NCBI RefSeq assembly: GCF_004010195.1
Contig: NC_057755.1
Location: forward strand, 3,347,379-3,397,609
Direction of reading: 5' to 3'
Origin: Chiloscyllium plagiosum
Lineage: Eukaryota
Length of the DNA stretch: 50,231 nt
A program made the position numbers and the translations under genes. Position 1 is the first letter of the stretch. The number at the start of each line of letters is the position of its first letter. Shown here piece by piece: positions 35,851 to 47,216 of this stretch. Under the pieces are notes generated by a model. That model was not told the origin of the DNA and ran no database searches. It saw only the letters and a list, made by a program, of their open reading frames with translations.

Positions 35851-36621
35851 TTATCTATCCAAATTGATCATTTCTGGGCACTGTAGAACAATGAAAGAGC
35901 CAGGAAGAATGAATGCACAGTTGGTATCAACAGGACATCCTCAAAGAAATCCACAGGTGTGACATCCCATTTCATTCATAAATGCAATCATAAATTCTAT
36001 CCATCAATTTGGTAGTCATGTGACAACACTGGTAAAAATTGCCCATGCGTATGTCAAAGAAAAAAATTAAAATTTTCCTACATTTAATGAAGATGTTAGA
36101 AACTAATGTTTGAATTCTAATCTCCCTTTAAATCTCCTTACGTACATATAAAATACATTGGTGTTATGAGTGGAGAGAATTCAACATTACCTGTCAAAAG
36201 CATTTACTGAAATTATTCTCTTGCATCTACAAGTGTTCTCAGTCAGGTGTCTATGGAGCTTATAGTTATATGTATATGGTCCAGTATCTATAATAGAAGA
36301 TATTCCCACTCTAGTGTTTACAATAGAAGTCTGGTAGTATTCGAGGTCTGATACCCTGTAAGGTGTTCAATAAATGGTTTTTGTAGTCTTGTATCACAAA
36401 GTGTATTTGCAGTCAGGCTGCTTTAAATATGTGGACAGGTCAGTTTGTTCAGATGGCTGGTCAATTGGTTTGCAATGCAGCATGCTGCCAACAGTATGGG
36501 TTCAATTCCTGCACTGGCTGAGGTTACTATAAAGGTTCCACCTTCTCAGCCTCACCTGAGGTCTGGTGACCCTCAGATTAAATCACTATCAGTTATCTCT
36601 TTCTAATGAGAGCAGCCCGAA

Positions 36622-37038
36622 GACAGGCTGGGGCTGTTTTTCCTGGAGCGTCGGGGGCTGAGGGATGACCTTAAAGAGGTTTACAAAATCATGAGGGGCA
36701 TGGAGGGTAAATAGACAAAGTCTTTTCCCTGGGGTCGGGGAGTCCAGAACTAGAGGGACATAAGTTTAGGGTGAGAGGGGAAAGATATAAAAGAGACCTA
36801 AGGGGCAACATTTTCACCCAGAGGGTGGTACGTGTATGGAATGAGCTGTCAGAGGATGTGGTGGAGGCTGGTACAATTACAACATTTAAGAGGCATTTGG
36901 ATGGGTATATGGATAGGAAGGGTTTGGAGGGATATGGGCCGGGTGCTGGCAGGTGGAACCAGATTGGGTTGGGATATCCGGTCGGCAGGGACAGGTTGGA
37001 CTGAAGGGTCTGTTTCCATGCTGTACATCTCTATGACT
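36622..37038 (+). mobile_element. Young CR1 3' end
   Basis: ORF 36771-37004 (IFTQRVVRVWNELS). Confidence 0.95.
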
Positions 37039-38471
37039 GCTAGGCCTTGGTTTAAATGCGTTCTCAGGCTATTAGAAGCACAAGAGGTTTGATTGGAGGC
37101 ATCTACAAGTAATCTCCAGCCCACCACAAATCCAGTTCTCTTCTAATCTGCAAAATCTCCTGTCTGTAAGCTTCTCTAGTTCTGCAACTCTTTGACATCT
37201 TTGCATTCCTTGTGCTAAATATTTGTCTAAGCCCTAATCAATGTACAACCTGATCCTTAAACCTTTACACATTTTCCTATTGATGGAGTTCACCAAGCGT
37301 TACTGCTTTCACCGTATTTTTTGGTTAGCTTGCCCAAAAGGCTGTTTGTGTGTCTTGGTGTCAAAATGCTGTATGAGGCCAGAAACAGAAGAATAGAGAT
37401 ATCCTGGAGGGAGCATGAGGCAATGCCATGCCTCACAGCGGCAGTGAGCTGGAAATCAAACCTCACTATTCCTGAAGTCATCACAAAAGGTAAAAATGTT
37501 ATTAAAGTATGCAGAATTCCACAATTTACCCATCTTTTCTGTTTCTATATTTAACAAGAATGACTATTTATTACAAATAAACAGATTCTTGCTACAGGTA
37601 AATGATTATCAACATATAATAATACTGGTTCAAGTTCTAATCTTTCAAATCACCCTTACATACATAGACAAAATACATTGGTGTTAAGAGTGATGGGAAT
37701 TCAACATTACCTGCCGGCAGCATTTGCTGAAATTATTCTTTTGGCTTGCTGCTCCTTAATCTCTGTTTTCCAAGTACTTTCATTTGCTTACAGTCACTTT
37801 CTTCAAACTTCAGAGAACTACTTTCTATTGCAGAGACACAGCCTCCCTTTTCCAGGTATCAGAAGTCTGGTACCTGATTGTTCAAACTCACTTAAGTTAA
37901 AAACCACACAACACCAGGTTATAGTCCAACAGGTTTAATTGAAAGCACCAACTTTCGGATCGCCGCTCCTTCATCAGGTGGTTCATACTCACAACCTGTT
38001 CAGTTACCCGGGAGCCAAACGGCATAGTTGCTGGCAGACAGGGGGCCTTTGTCTTTGACAGCTGGTCACCTCCACAGATCAATCAGCTGAATCTCCATTT
38101 GCACACACTAACTGGCTCCAACTTGTTTGATCTAATCTCTGCTCACGACTTGTTTAACCAGCAATGAAGAAAGTGTCACTAGATTACAGAACCTACATAG
38201 AGTGTTGGGAGGCTGCTTTTAAAAAAATGTTAACCCTTCCATTGTCTTTAAAACAACCCCTTTTCCAAATCAGCCCATAATCAGAAATATGGAAAAAAAA
38301 CAGGAAAGAAAATAACTCCACAATATCTACTCTTTTCATAGCTCTTATATTTGACTTGTAATTTAATTTTTAAGTAGTCTACTACTTCTATTAAACTGTA
38401 GGTTAACCATTGTTTTGAGCCTTTGGTATCTACCATAGATTTCCTTCCCACCCCCACAATCCCTTACAACT

Positions 38472-39103
38472 TGTTAGAAACAAAATTCAATAAAATTTAG
38501 ATGAGACCACCAAAGCTGGAAACAAGACAATTTATTCTACGATCTTGCAAGAAAGGACCCCAATTGCAGAAAGCAATTGAAATTATGATTATTCAAACTA
38601 TTACACAGTTATACTTTTCAGCTACGTGATGTCACCTCTTCCGATCCCTACATTACCCAATCTTTCTTACTATTTTGCCTCTGCCCATCTATGCTCCACG
38701 CCCATTGCCCCCTTCTTTCCAAGTTGGCAATTTTCCCCCTTGCACGTGCTGTCATACGGCTAAACTCTTATCTCGATGTTCCCCTTTGTAACTTCTTTCA
38801 TTATCCATAGGTACATTCCATTCTTGTACATACATCTTAACAATGTATCTTTTTCATGCTTCGCTTATATGTTTCAGTAATCTTAGCTTTTTGCTGAAAC
38901 TGTTGTTTTAAACACTATGGTAAAAGGAATTATTTTTTAATAAATCTACTTTAAAGTTAGTACTTAACTATCCATAATTATGCACTGAAAAGTAGAGATA
39001 CTCTTCCCTAAACACCTGCAGAGTTAATAGTTCTCTTGCTGTACCCCTTTTCTGTATGCTTTTTCTATATCTGCAAAAACAACACTTTACCCCATTTCTA
39101 ACA
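38472..39103 (-). repeat. ERV 3' LTR (family A, 632 bp)
   Basis: TGTTAGAAA...TTTCTAACA inverted termini; sense-strand AATAAA at 38531-38536; adjacent PPT. Confidence 0.95.
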
Positions 39104-39125
39104 ACTTCCCCATTTCTTTTCTTTT
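39104..39125 (-). promoter_or_regulatory. Polypurine tract
   Basis: Sense aaaagaaaagaaatggggaagt immediately before the TG of the 3' LTR. Confidence 0.9.
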
Positions 39126-39185
39126 ACCATTTGTTGTTTTTACAATTTTATTTTCTGCCCTCTTTTCATCCTATGGTGCCGACGT

Positions 39186-41087
39186 TCACAATCTTACCAT
39201 TTCTGTCCTTCTAAGTCTGTCTTTTTCAAACTCTAGGAGTAATCTGCTACTCTCTCTTTCTTGCGTTTGTGCTATTGTCATGACCATTATTGATTGTTGT
39301 CTTCCCAAAGACATTACCAGCTTAGTCATTATCCACTTTCACACATTAAATCCTATCAGTAACCTACTATTATTAATACATAAATGCCTAAATTAACTAA
39401 CCATTTTCCCCAACCAGTCAGTCCCCAGTCATCCCATCTCCATATCTCATTTTTTCGAAGTTCTTTCCCAATTTCTCTTATATTGCTTATCTTTTTCTTT
39501 ACTATTTCTGCCTTATCTTCTACTATAGAGGAGGTATCTGGGATGAAGGTGCAGCATTCCTTACCAATCAGAGTACAGGTTCCCCCTTTTCGGCCAAAAG
39601 ATAGTCTAAAGCCATTCGATTCTGTAAAGCTGTTTGTCTTGTGGCAATCATTTCGGTGGTTATGGCCGATATTTGGGATTGAGTTTCTCCCATCGCGCCG
39701 GCGGTATCATTAATTAAATTTTCAAGGGCAGCCGCCAGTTTCTATATTTCTACCCCTGCCCTTGCAGTGCCGTAGTTTGGGAATAGTGTCCACAGCAGAC
39801 GGTCCCCTTCAGAGACCTCTCGGGCCTTACGTCTTATCCCCCCCCCTCCTTTCTCAGGTTGGGCTCATGTTTTTCTATTCGGAGGTGAGGGACTATATAA
39901 GCGAGGTAATAGCAACCACTCCAGCCTTTCTGGTCTTGAGGCAGTGTTTCATCAACTTCAAAACATGCATGTATTTCTATACATTCGATCACACGAACAT
40001 ATTTTTCCCCGGGAATAAATGGATAGGCCTTCAGACCGCATTCCCACTATGTTCCGTTTAATATTCGGGGAGTGGTTGTGGCAGTGGCTTGGCTGGTGTA
40101 GATGCAAGATGATTTTCCCAAGTGGAAGGGTGCAGCATCATTCTGATTACAGAAACAGGTGGTATTCACTGCTCCTTTCGGTGGGGAAATTCTAAGGCTA
40201 TCGATAGCACCCTGGGTTTTTGGGGCTGGCCTTGGGAACTGTTAGAAACGAAAATCGCTTCTCAATAATCGCTCTAGACAAATTCAGGAAAACAAAGTTT
40301 TATTAACAAGTCAAGTCTGCAGAGTCGGGCACCCTTAAAGAAAAGGCGCGCTGAGGCTTACAAAGTCTCCATTATTTATAGGACAAGTCCCTCCTCTCCT
40401 TGGCTCCAACAAGCCATGAGGTTCACATTCTTAAAAACATCATTATTTTTATCACAAAGTCTGCAACAAAAGGCTCCAGAGTCTCCAAAGTTTGTTGTTT
40501 TTCTCACCCTGTAGTCTTATCAGTCAAAAGCTTTAATCTTGAAACAGATGTCTCAAGTCGTACTCCCATCCTGGAGTCTTATCAGCGAAGGACTCATCCT
40601 TCTCTGCTGTGTGAATGGCTTCATTAATCAAGAGCCTGCTTGCTTTTACTATAGCTCACAAATTGTCAGCATTCTGCACAATTTAAACTACTCTACTTTT
40701 GAGTATATAAAATGGTTGTTAGAAAAGAAACAAAGGTTTTGTCTTTTATTATAGATCAGTCTGTGGTCCAGGCACATCTTAAAGTTTAAACCGAAATTAC
40801 CTCTCACAGGAACCATCCCGCAAAGTTATATTAGCTCCTTTCAGATTCCCACTTTGTATTACTTGAACCCAAGTCAAATTATTGTACATCGTACACTTTT
40901 TTTAGTGAGCTGTATTTCCGAGGTGGGGATCCCAGATTCGCCATGGTATGGGACCTCTGCACAGACCCAACAGTCGGCAAGTCCCTCTTGTTTAGCATAA
41001 TTTTGGCATAGTGTAGTGAAATATTTTCCCGCTTCCTTGAATAATTAGTACTACTAACATTACAATATTATACTTGTACCCTCCCAT
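39186..41087 (-). pseudogene. env: ERV env (gamma-type), disrupted by stops, frameshifts and a solo LTR
   Basis: Signal peptide MGGYKYNIVMLVVLIIQG; CWVC at 40961-40972; furin RRKAR at about 39820-39834; ISD LQNRMALDYLLA at about 39592-39627; CTLIGKECC at 39551-39577; TM anchor; stop at 39186-39188. Confidence 0.92.
40240..40808 (-). mobile_element. Solo LTR of a second ERV family (B) inserted in env
   Basis: TG...CA termini; 5-bp TSD ggaac at 40235-40239 and 40809-40813; reverse-complement match to 47710-48489. Confidence 0.95.
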
Positions 41088-41222
41088 CTCTGAACCCTGC
41101 CTATCACCCTATCTTAATCTTTTAAGCACCAGGAAGAGGTGAGTCCACGCAACCCTTACAATTAATACAATATATATCATCAAACATTAAAAGAGTCTTT
41201 AATCTTAGTTCATTCCCTCTTT

Positions 41223-41295
41223 GCTGAAAATGTGTTGCTGGAAAAGCGCAGCATCCAAGGAGCAGGAGAATCGACGTTTCGGGCATGAGCCCTTC
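41223..41295 (-). mobile_element. 73-bp PLE pseudo-LTR insertion at the pol stop
   Basis: 14-bp TSD ttcattccctcttt at 41209-41222 and 41296-41309; same family as 6942-7571. Confidence 0.9.
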
Positions 41296-41296
41296 T

Positions 41297-44200
41297 TCAT
41301 TCCCTCTTTCTCAGCTTAACTTTCAGAGGGTTGTCTGTAGGATGAGCGTGGCACTCCGTCAATGGGGCGTTCACTGGACCTTTGACGCGAGTGTGATGAC
41401 TCCACCCTTTCTCAGCAGCCCGGATAGCTGTCTCAGTAGTCAGGAGGGTTAGGAATGGTCCCTCCCAGCTCGGGTGCAGTTTGGTATCTTTCCAGGTCTT
41501 GATCAGGACCCAATCACCCTGTCGTATCCGATGTGCTGCAAACTCGAGTGGTGGTGTTTATACCAACAGGCCTTTATTCCGAAGAATAGATAATGAAGAG
41601 CCAAGTGCCACAATATAATTTTTCAAAAACTTGTCATTAAACTCAGCACTTCTCCTTTCCTTCCCAGGAATGGTAGCCCAAACATCATTTCATAAGGAGA
41701 AAGGCCGATGTCGCGCTTTGGGGCAGTCCGAATACGTAAATAGTACAATACGTAAACATTTAGTCCATGGTAATCGAGTCTCTAGGACTAGTTTAGATAA
41801 TTGCTTCTTTATGGTCTGATTCATTCGTTCCATCCGCCCAGAGGAAGGTGGGTGCCAAGGGGTGTGGAATTCCCAAGAGATCTCTAATCCTGCCATTACT
41901 TCTTGTAGGATCTTGGAAGTAAAATGGCTACCTTGGTCTGAGTCTATACTTTCCACTATTCCATATCGTGGGAAGGAGGGTTTTCACCACTCCTTTTGAG
42001 GTGGCTAATGACATTGGGAAAGCTTCCACCCACCCGGTTAGGTGGTCTACTAAGACCAATGTTTGATGATATATATTGTATTAATTGTAAGGGTTGCGTG
42101 GACTCACCTCTTCCTGGTGCTTAAAAGATTAAGATAGGGTGATAGGCAGGGTTCAGAGATGGGAGGGTACAAGTATAATATTGTAATGTTAGTAGTACTA
42201 ATTATTCAAGGAAGCGGGAAAATATTTCACTACACTATGCCAAAACTTCTGTTTTCCCACTGGCGGTAGTTCGGTGTAATCCACCTGTATATTTTGGAAG
42301 GGTCTCACTCCTGGGTTCCTTCCTCCTTTGAGCTCTTCCCTTATTATTTTCTTATTGATCTTTTGACAAGTTATGCATCCTGCACATATCTGTTTTGCCA
42401 ACGTATATATTCCCTTCCATCCATATTTCCTCAATACTATGTCACACATGGCTTGTGAGCCCCAATGGCTGCCTTGGTGTAAGGTGGCCAAAATATTTCT
42501 CATGACTGACTTACTCAGCAATTCCCTCCCATCAGGGAGAATCCATTTCCCTTCAGTTGTCTTAGTGGCTCCTATTTCTTGGGACTCTTTTTCCTCCTCT
42601 TCCATGTATACGGGGTTCACGGGAGAAGATTCAATTAGGGGTGTAAGAACCTGTATCCTTGTTACTGTGCGGTTCATAGCTGCCTCTTTGGCTATTTCGT
42701 CTGCTATTCTGTTTCCCTTTGCTTCTAGAGTGCTCCCCTTCTGATGTCCAGGTATATGGACTATAGCTATTTCTCGGGGTAATTTCAAACTTTTTAACAC
42801 TTGTCCTATTAACTCTTCATGTACTAACTCCTTTCCCCAACTATTGATTAGTCCCCGTTCTTGCTATATCTTTCCGAAGGTATGGACTACTTCGTAAGCA
42901 TATTTAGACTCAGTGTAAATTGTCCCATCCCGATTCTCTAAGTGTTTTAAAGCTTGATTTAATGCGTATAATTCACAGGTCTGGGCTGACCATGTGTTAG
43001 GCAGCCAGTCTGCTTCCACTGTTTGGTTTTTGTTACCGTCCACTACTGCATATCCTTCCACTACTCTCGATGATAAACAATCTATCCCCGTCATGTAAAG
43101 GTAGATCTCTCAGGTCCTGTCTAACTTTGGTTTGATACTCTATAATATCTAAAGAGTCATGTTCTAATTCTCGTTTATCTCGAGGTTCTCCCTTCCATAA
43201 GAAGGTTGCTGGGTTTAGACAGGTGTCTGTTGCTAATATCAGGTCATCTTTTTCCATCAGGATGGCCTCATATTTTAAAATTCGTGAATCTGTTAACCAT
43301 TTCCCTGCCTTTTGGTTTAACACAGTTCTGACTTGATGGGGGGGGGGTACTAACTACTAGTGCTCCTCCAAAAGTGAGTTTCTGGCTTTCTTCTCCCAAT
43401 ATGGCAGTTGCTGCCTCTGCCTGTCGTCATTCAGGCCATCCCCTTGAAACAGGATTTTGGACAGGAAGGCTATGGGCTGTTTCTCCCCTCCCCCTTTCTG
43501 GGTTAACACTCCTAAAGCTGCTCCATCGATTACTATCACAAAAAGGTGAAATGGTTTTCCTAGGGAAGGAAGGGCAATACTGGAGCTTGTGTTAAACTAC
43601 GCTTCAATTCAAGTAACCCTTCCTTTTCCTCTTCTGTCCAGTACAGTTTTTCGTGTTGTGTATCTGTCAGTTTGTAATATAACCCTTTCGTTTTCTGGGC
43701 ATAGGCTTCTATCCATAATCTGCAATAACCCGTCAGCCCCAGGAACTTTCGTAATTCTCATTTGGTGTTCGGGAGGGGCAGTTCTACTATCCCTTGAATT
43801 CTTTCAGGGTTAATGCGTCTAATTCCCTCACTAATAAGGTGTCCTAAGTATTTTACTTCTTTTTCTACATATTGCAATTTACTTTTGGATACCCTTAAAC
43901 CCTGTTGTTCTAGGAAATTCAACAATCCATTAGTGGCTGGATCTACATCATTTCTCTTTTGACCTGACACTAGTAGATCATCCACATATTGTAACAGTGA
44001 CGTTTCCTGAGGCATTTTATATTGTTCCAGGACTTCTTCCAGTACTTGCCCGAATAGGTTAGGTGATTCTGTGAATCCCTGGGGAAGGACCGTCCATCGG
44101 AATTGTTGTTTTCTGCCAGTGTATGGGTTTTCCCATTCAAAAGCGAACATGTTGAGGCTCTCTGGGGCTAAAGGACAAGCCCAGAATGCATCCTTTAAAT

Positions 44201-44910
44201 CTATTACACTAAACCAGTGGTGGTTACACGGTATTCTACTAAAAAGGGTATATGGATTGGGCACCATTGGGTACCGTATCCAGACCAGTCGGTTCACTGA
44301 TCTGAGATCTTGTACCAGTCGGTAAGTCCCATCTGGCTTCCGGACGGGTAGTATTGGGGTGTTAAAGGGCGACATGCATGGTTCCAGTAGCCCTTCTTTT
44401 ACTAGAGAGTCTATTACAGGTTGTAAACCCTTGTGCCCCTCTAATGAAACCGGATATTGTTTAGGCCTGAATGCTTTATTCCCTTGGGACAGTATAATTA
44501 CGATGGGATTGAAGTTTAAACGACCCATGTTGCCAGGTCTCGTCCACACGTTAGGATTTACCTGTTCTTCATCACTAACCGTTAGTTTATTTATTGTCAC
44601 AGTTATTGAACTATTCTCTACTCCAAAGATTGCTTCCAACATCAGGAATATATAGTAGTTGTCCCGTCACTTCTTTATTATTTCCCTTTATCAGGGTCGG
44701 CTCGAAAATGGGCACTAGGAATCCTTCACCTTTTACTCCAGAAACTCTGAGACTTTTATTAGTTAATTTAACACCGCTAGGTCTAAAACTTAGGGATGAC
44801 CATGCCGCTCCCATATCCACCAAAAACACTGCCTCATCCCCTTCAGGTCCCACTTTCAAAGTTACCAAGGGTTCCTGGTGGGTCTCGAGAGGAAGAAACC
44901 CCTGACTCCC
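41297..44910 (-). pseudogene. pol: ERV pro-pol (protease, RT, RNase H, integrase), frameshifted
   Basis: FLVDMGA (DTG mutated); SPFNTPILPV.KPDG.YRLVQDLR, LPQGF, LQYVDDLL; SAQTCELYAL; HQGSH..CAGCITC; QVDYTE, DSDQGSHF, SSGRMERMN; WEGPF; ends KVKLRKRE*. Confidence 0.96.
42058..42245 (+). repeat. Inverted 188-bp duplicate of 41001-41188 inserted in integrase
   Basis: Base-by-base reverse complement of 41001-41188 with no mismatch seen. Confidence 0.95.
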
Positions 44911-46378
44911 CTATTCTTCATCAAAAGTCATCAATGAAATAGCTTCTCTTTGTTGTCCTAACTTTGGACATTCCATTCTAAAATGTCCTGTTTTTCCGCA
45001 GTAATAACATCCTGCCTGTTGCCTTCCCTTACCATCCGTTGCTTTTCTTTCTTGTCCTAACTTTCTATTCGTAATTTCCTCGACCGCTGCAACCATTATC
45101 CTGACTTTCTGTTTTTGTTTCTCGTCTTCTCTGTTCGCATATACTTTCTGTGCTTCATGTAACAATTCTTCCATCTGTTTTTCGCTCCATACTTCTAACG
45201 TCTGTTACTTTTTTTTGTATGTCTGTCCATGATTTAGTCACAAACTGGACCTTTAAGAGTCCCTGAGCTACTGGATCATCAGGATTCATTCCCGAATATT
45301 TTCTAGTGGCCTCTCTTAGTCTTTGCAAAAAGGCTGACGGGGCTTCGTCTTTTTCCTGCCTCACTTCAAAGGCTTTTAAAAAATTCTGAGATCTGGGTGC
45401 TGCTTCTCTAATACCCAAAATAACCATTCCTCGAAAGTCTCTCATTTCTCCTGTATCGTGTTTATCCAGGCCCTCCCAACGAGGGTCCACATTGGAGAAT
45501 TTATTTTCAGCTGGTACTATTCCTTCACCCACCGGATCTCTCTTTTCCCATTCCTTCAGGGCAGCTCCTCTAATCATACCCCATTCTTCTCCTGAAAATA
45601 ATGTCCCCAGAATGCTTATCAATTCAGCCCATGTATATAAATTCTGCCCCAAGAACTGACCCAACTGTTTCGCCAATCCTGTGGGGTCCTCAATTAAACT
45701 TTTCATTTCCTTTTTAAAAGACCTGACTTCGCTGTTAGTCAGTGGTGCATTGACATATCCAATTTCACCATTACCTATGGGTACTTCTCTAAGGGGATAT
45801 ATTGGTGCCGTTGCCCCGCCTATCTCCCCCTTTTCCCTCTTTTTCATTGCTGATCTAGTTTTAATCGGACTCAGTGGAGGTTCTTCCCCCGGACCATTTT
45901 CACATTCTTTCACTGGAGAGGGTGCTGTGGTAGGGGAGAAAGACGTCGACGGACCGTTATTGTCGTTGTTGTAAGGGGTGGGGGGGGGAGTTTTGACAAA
46001 GGATCCCAACGGGAAATTTTTGATTCCCCATCACCTTTTTCTGAATTTTTGAAAACAAAGATTCTCGGACTTCCTATCCAACAAGCGGCATAGTCAGATT
46101 CCTTACGGGAATTTATTTACATAGATATTTAAATCTTGACATAGCCAATCTTCGTCTGAACAATATTTAGGCCAAAATGTACTTGGGGTTTTAATGCTTT
46201 CCTTTGTCCAGACAAAACAACAAAATTTTATCATTTGGTTTTTATCCTTTCCTCGCGTCCAAGGGTTATACTTCCAGTCTCGTAACATTTTTCCTAAAGG
46301 GCTGTCCGTTGGAATGCGGTCCTTGGACATCCCTTTAATTTCTCCTTCTACACTTAAATCACAATTATTATTTCGCAT
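44911..46378 (-). pseudogene. gag: ERV gag (MA, CA, NC), broken into three ORFs
   Basis: IPTDSPLGKML..W matrix; PPPTPY; PLREVP..VNAPLTNSEVR; MHR QEKDEAPSAFLQRL; CYYCGKTGHFRMEC; TAG at 44911-44913. Confidence 0.95.
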
Positions 46379-46629
46379 TTCAATACTGGGCCATTCCTTT
46401 ATGTAATTTAATTAACCTTACTGAGGTTCGGTGTCACCTTCTTCAGCACCCACTTCAGGGTCCTGACCTTCGCGTGGGGGATTTCCCCTCTTAACAACCG
46501 GTCTAAGGCTGGTGGTCGAATCAGGTAGACACCTCACTCATCAGATTAATTTAGCCAATTAAATACCTTAATTTATGTGTTGCCAATTCCCCGTACTTCT
46601 CGTACCTGCCCGACCACCAAGGCAATACT

Positions 46630-47050
46630 TAAAGGTCCATTTTCATACCTTCGTCTGTGCACAGAGTTACCTGGTCGAATGCACCCAGTTGTGCGGCAAT
46701 ATCTGGCAGCAACCACCCCGTTGCTTGCCCTAGACAACTATCACTACCTATCCTGGCTGCCCGGATACCCGGGTCTTGTATACACAAGAGTTGACCTGAC
46801 CGAGCCGCCACGGCAATGGTGGCAGTAACAACCGTTGCTTGCCCCGGTCGCCCGGAGATATATATCTTACCCGGGTTTTGAGTATAAAAGAGTTACCCGA
46901 CCAAACCCGTCGCATGTCAGTGCGCTCCGCCCCGCGGTGATGGCAGCAAATACCGTTGCCTACCCCGGTCGCCCGGATAATACTTATTCAAAACCTTTTT
47001 CTTACCCGGGTCCTGTGCACAAGAGTTACCCGACCGAACCCGCCGCGTCT
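46630..47050 (-). repeat. Four degenerate tandem units in the ERV 5' leader
   Basis: Recurrent tacc(c)gggt..t..acaagagttacc.gacc..ggcag.aa..ccgttgc.t.ccc blocks at about 46645, 46765, 46866 and 47000. Confidence 0.75.
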
Positions 47051-47195
47051 CAACCCGTCTTGTTTCCAGGGTCTCTCAGTCCGGATCTCGCTCGCCCGAG
47101 CCGCCGCGGCAAAGAGGGAACTAAAGACCGCCAAAATCAGCGAGGTGCACCTTCTCCGTTTTCCCAACAATTGCCGAGCGACCGGAGCTTGGGAT

Positions 47196-47213
47196 CCCAG
47201 GACCATCACCCAA
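47196..47213 (-). promoter_or_regulatory. Primer-binding-site position (tRNA not assigned)
   Basis: Sense TGGGTGATGGTCCTGGG begins a few nt after the CA end of the 5' LTR. Confidence 0.55.
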
Positions 47214-47216
47214 ATC

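Noticed and set aside
37321..37489. Possible extra exon ending AAG|gtaaaa
   Set aside because: No convincing acceptor, no recognisable protein motif and no partner exons found.
40539..40754. Near-identical ORFs at 40539-40754 (+) and 47976-48239 (-)
   Set aside because: Antisense frames of two copies of the same LTR; not evidence of a conserved gene.
39186..41087. env as a domesticated syncytin-like gene
   Set aside because: It contains stops, frameshifts and a solo LTR insertion, so it cannot encode an intact protein.
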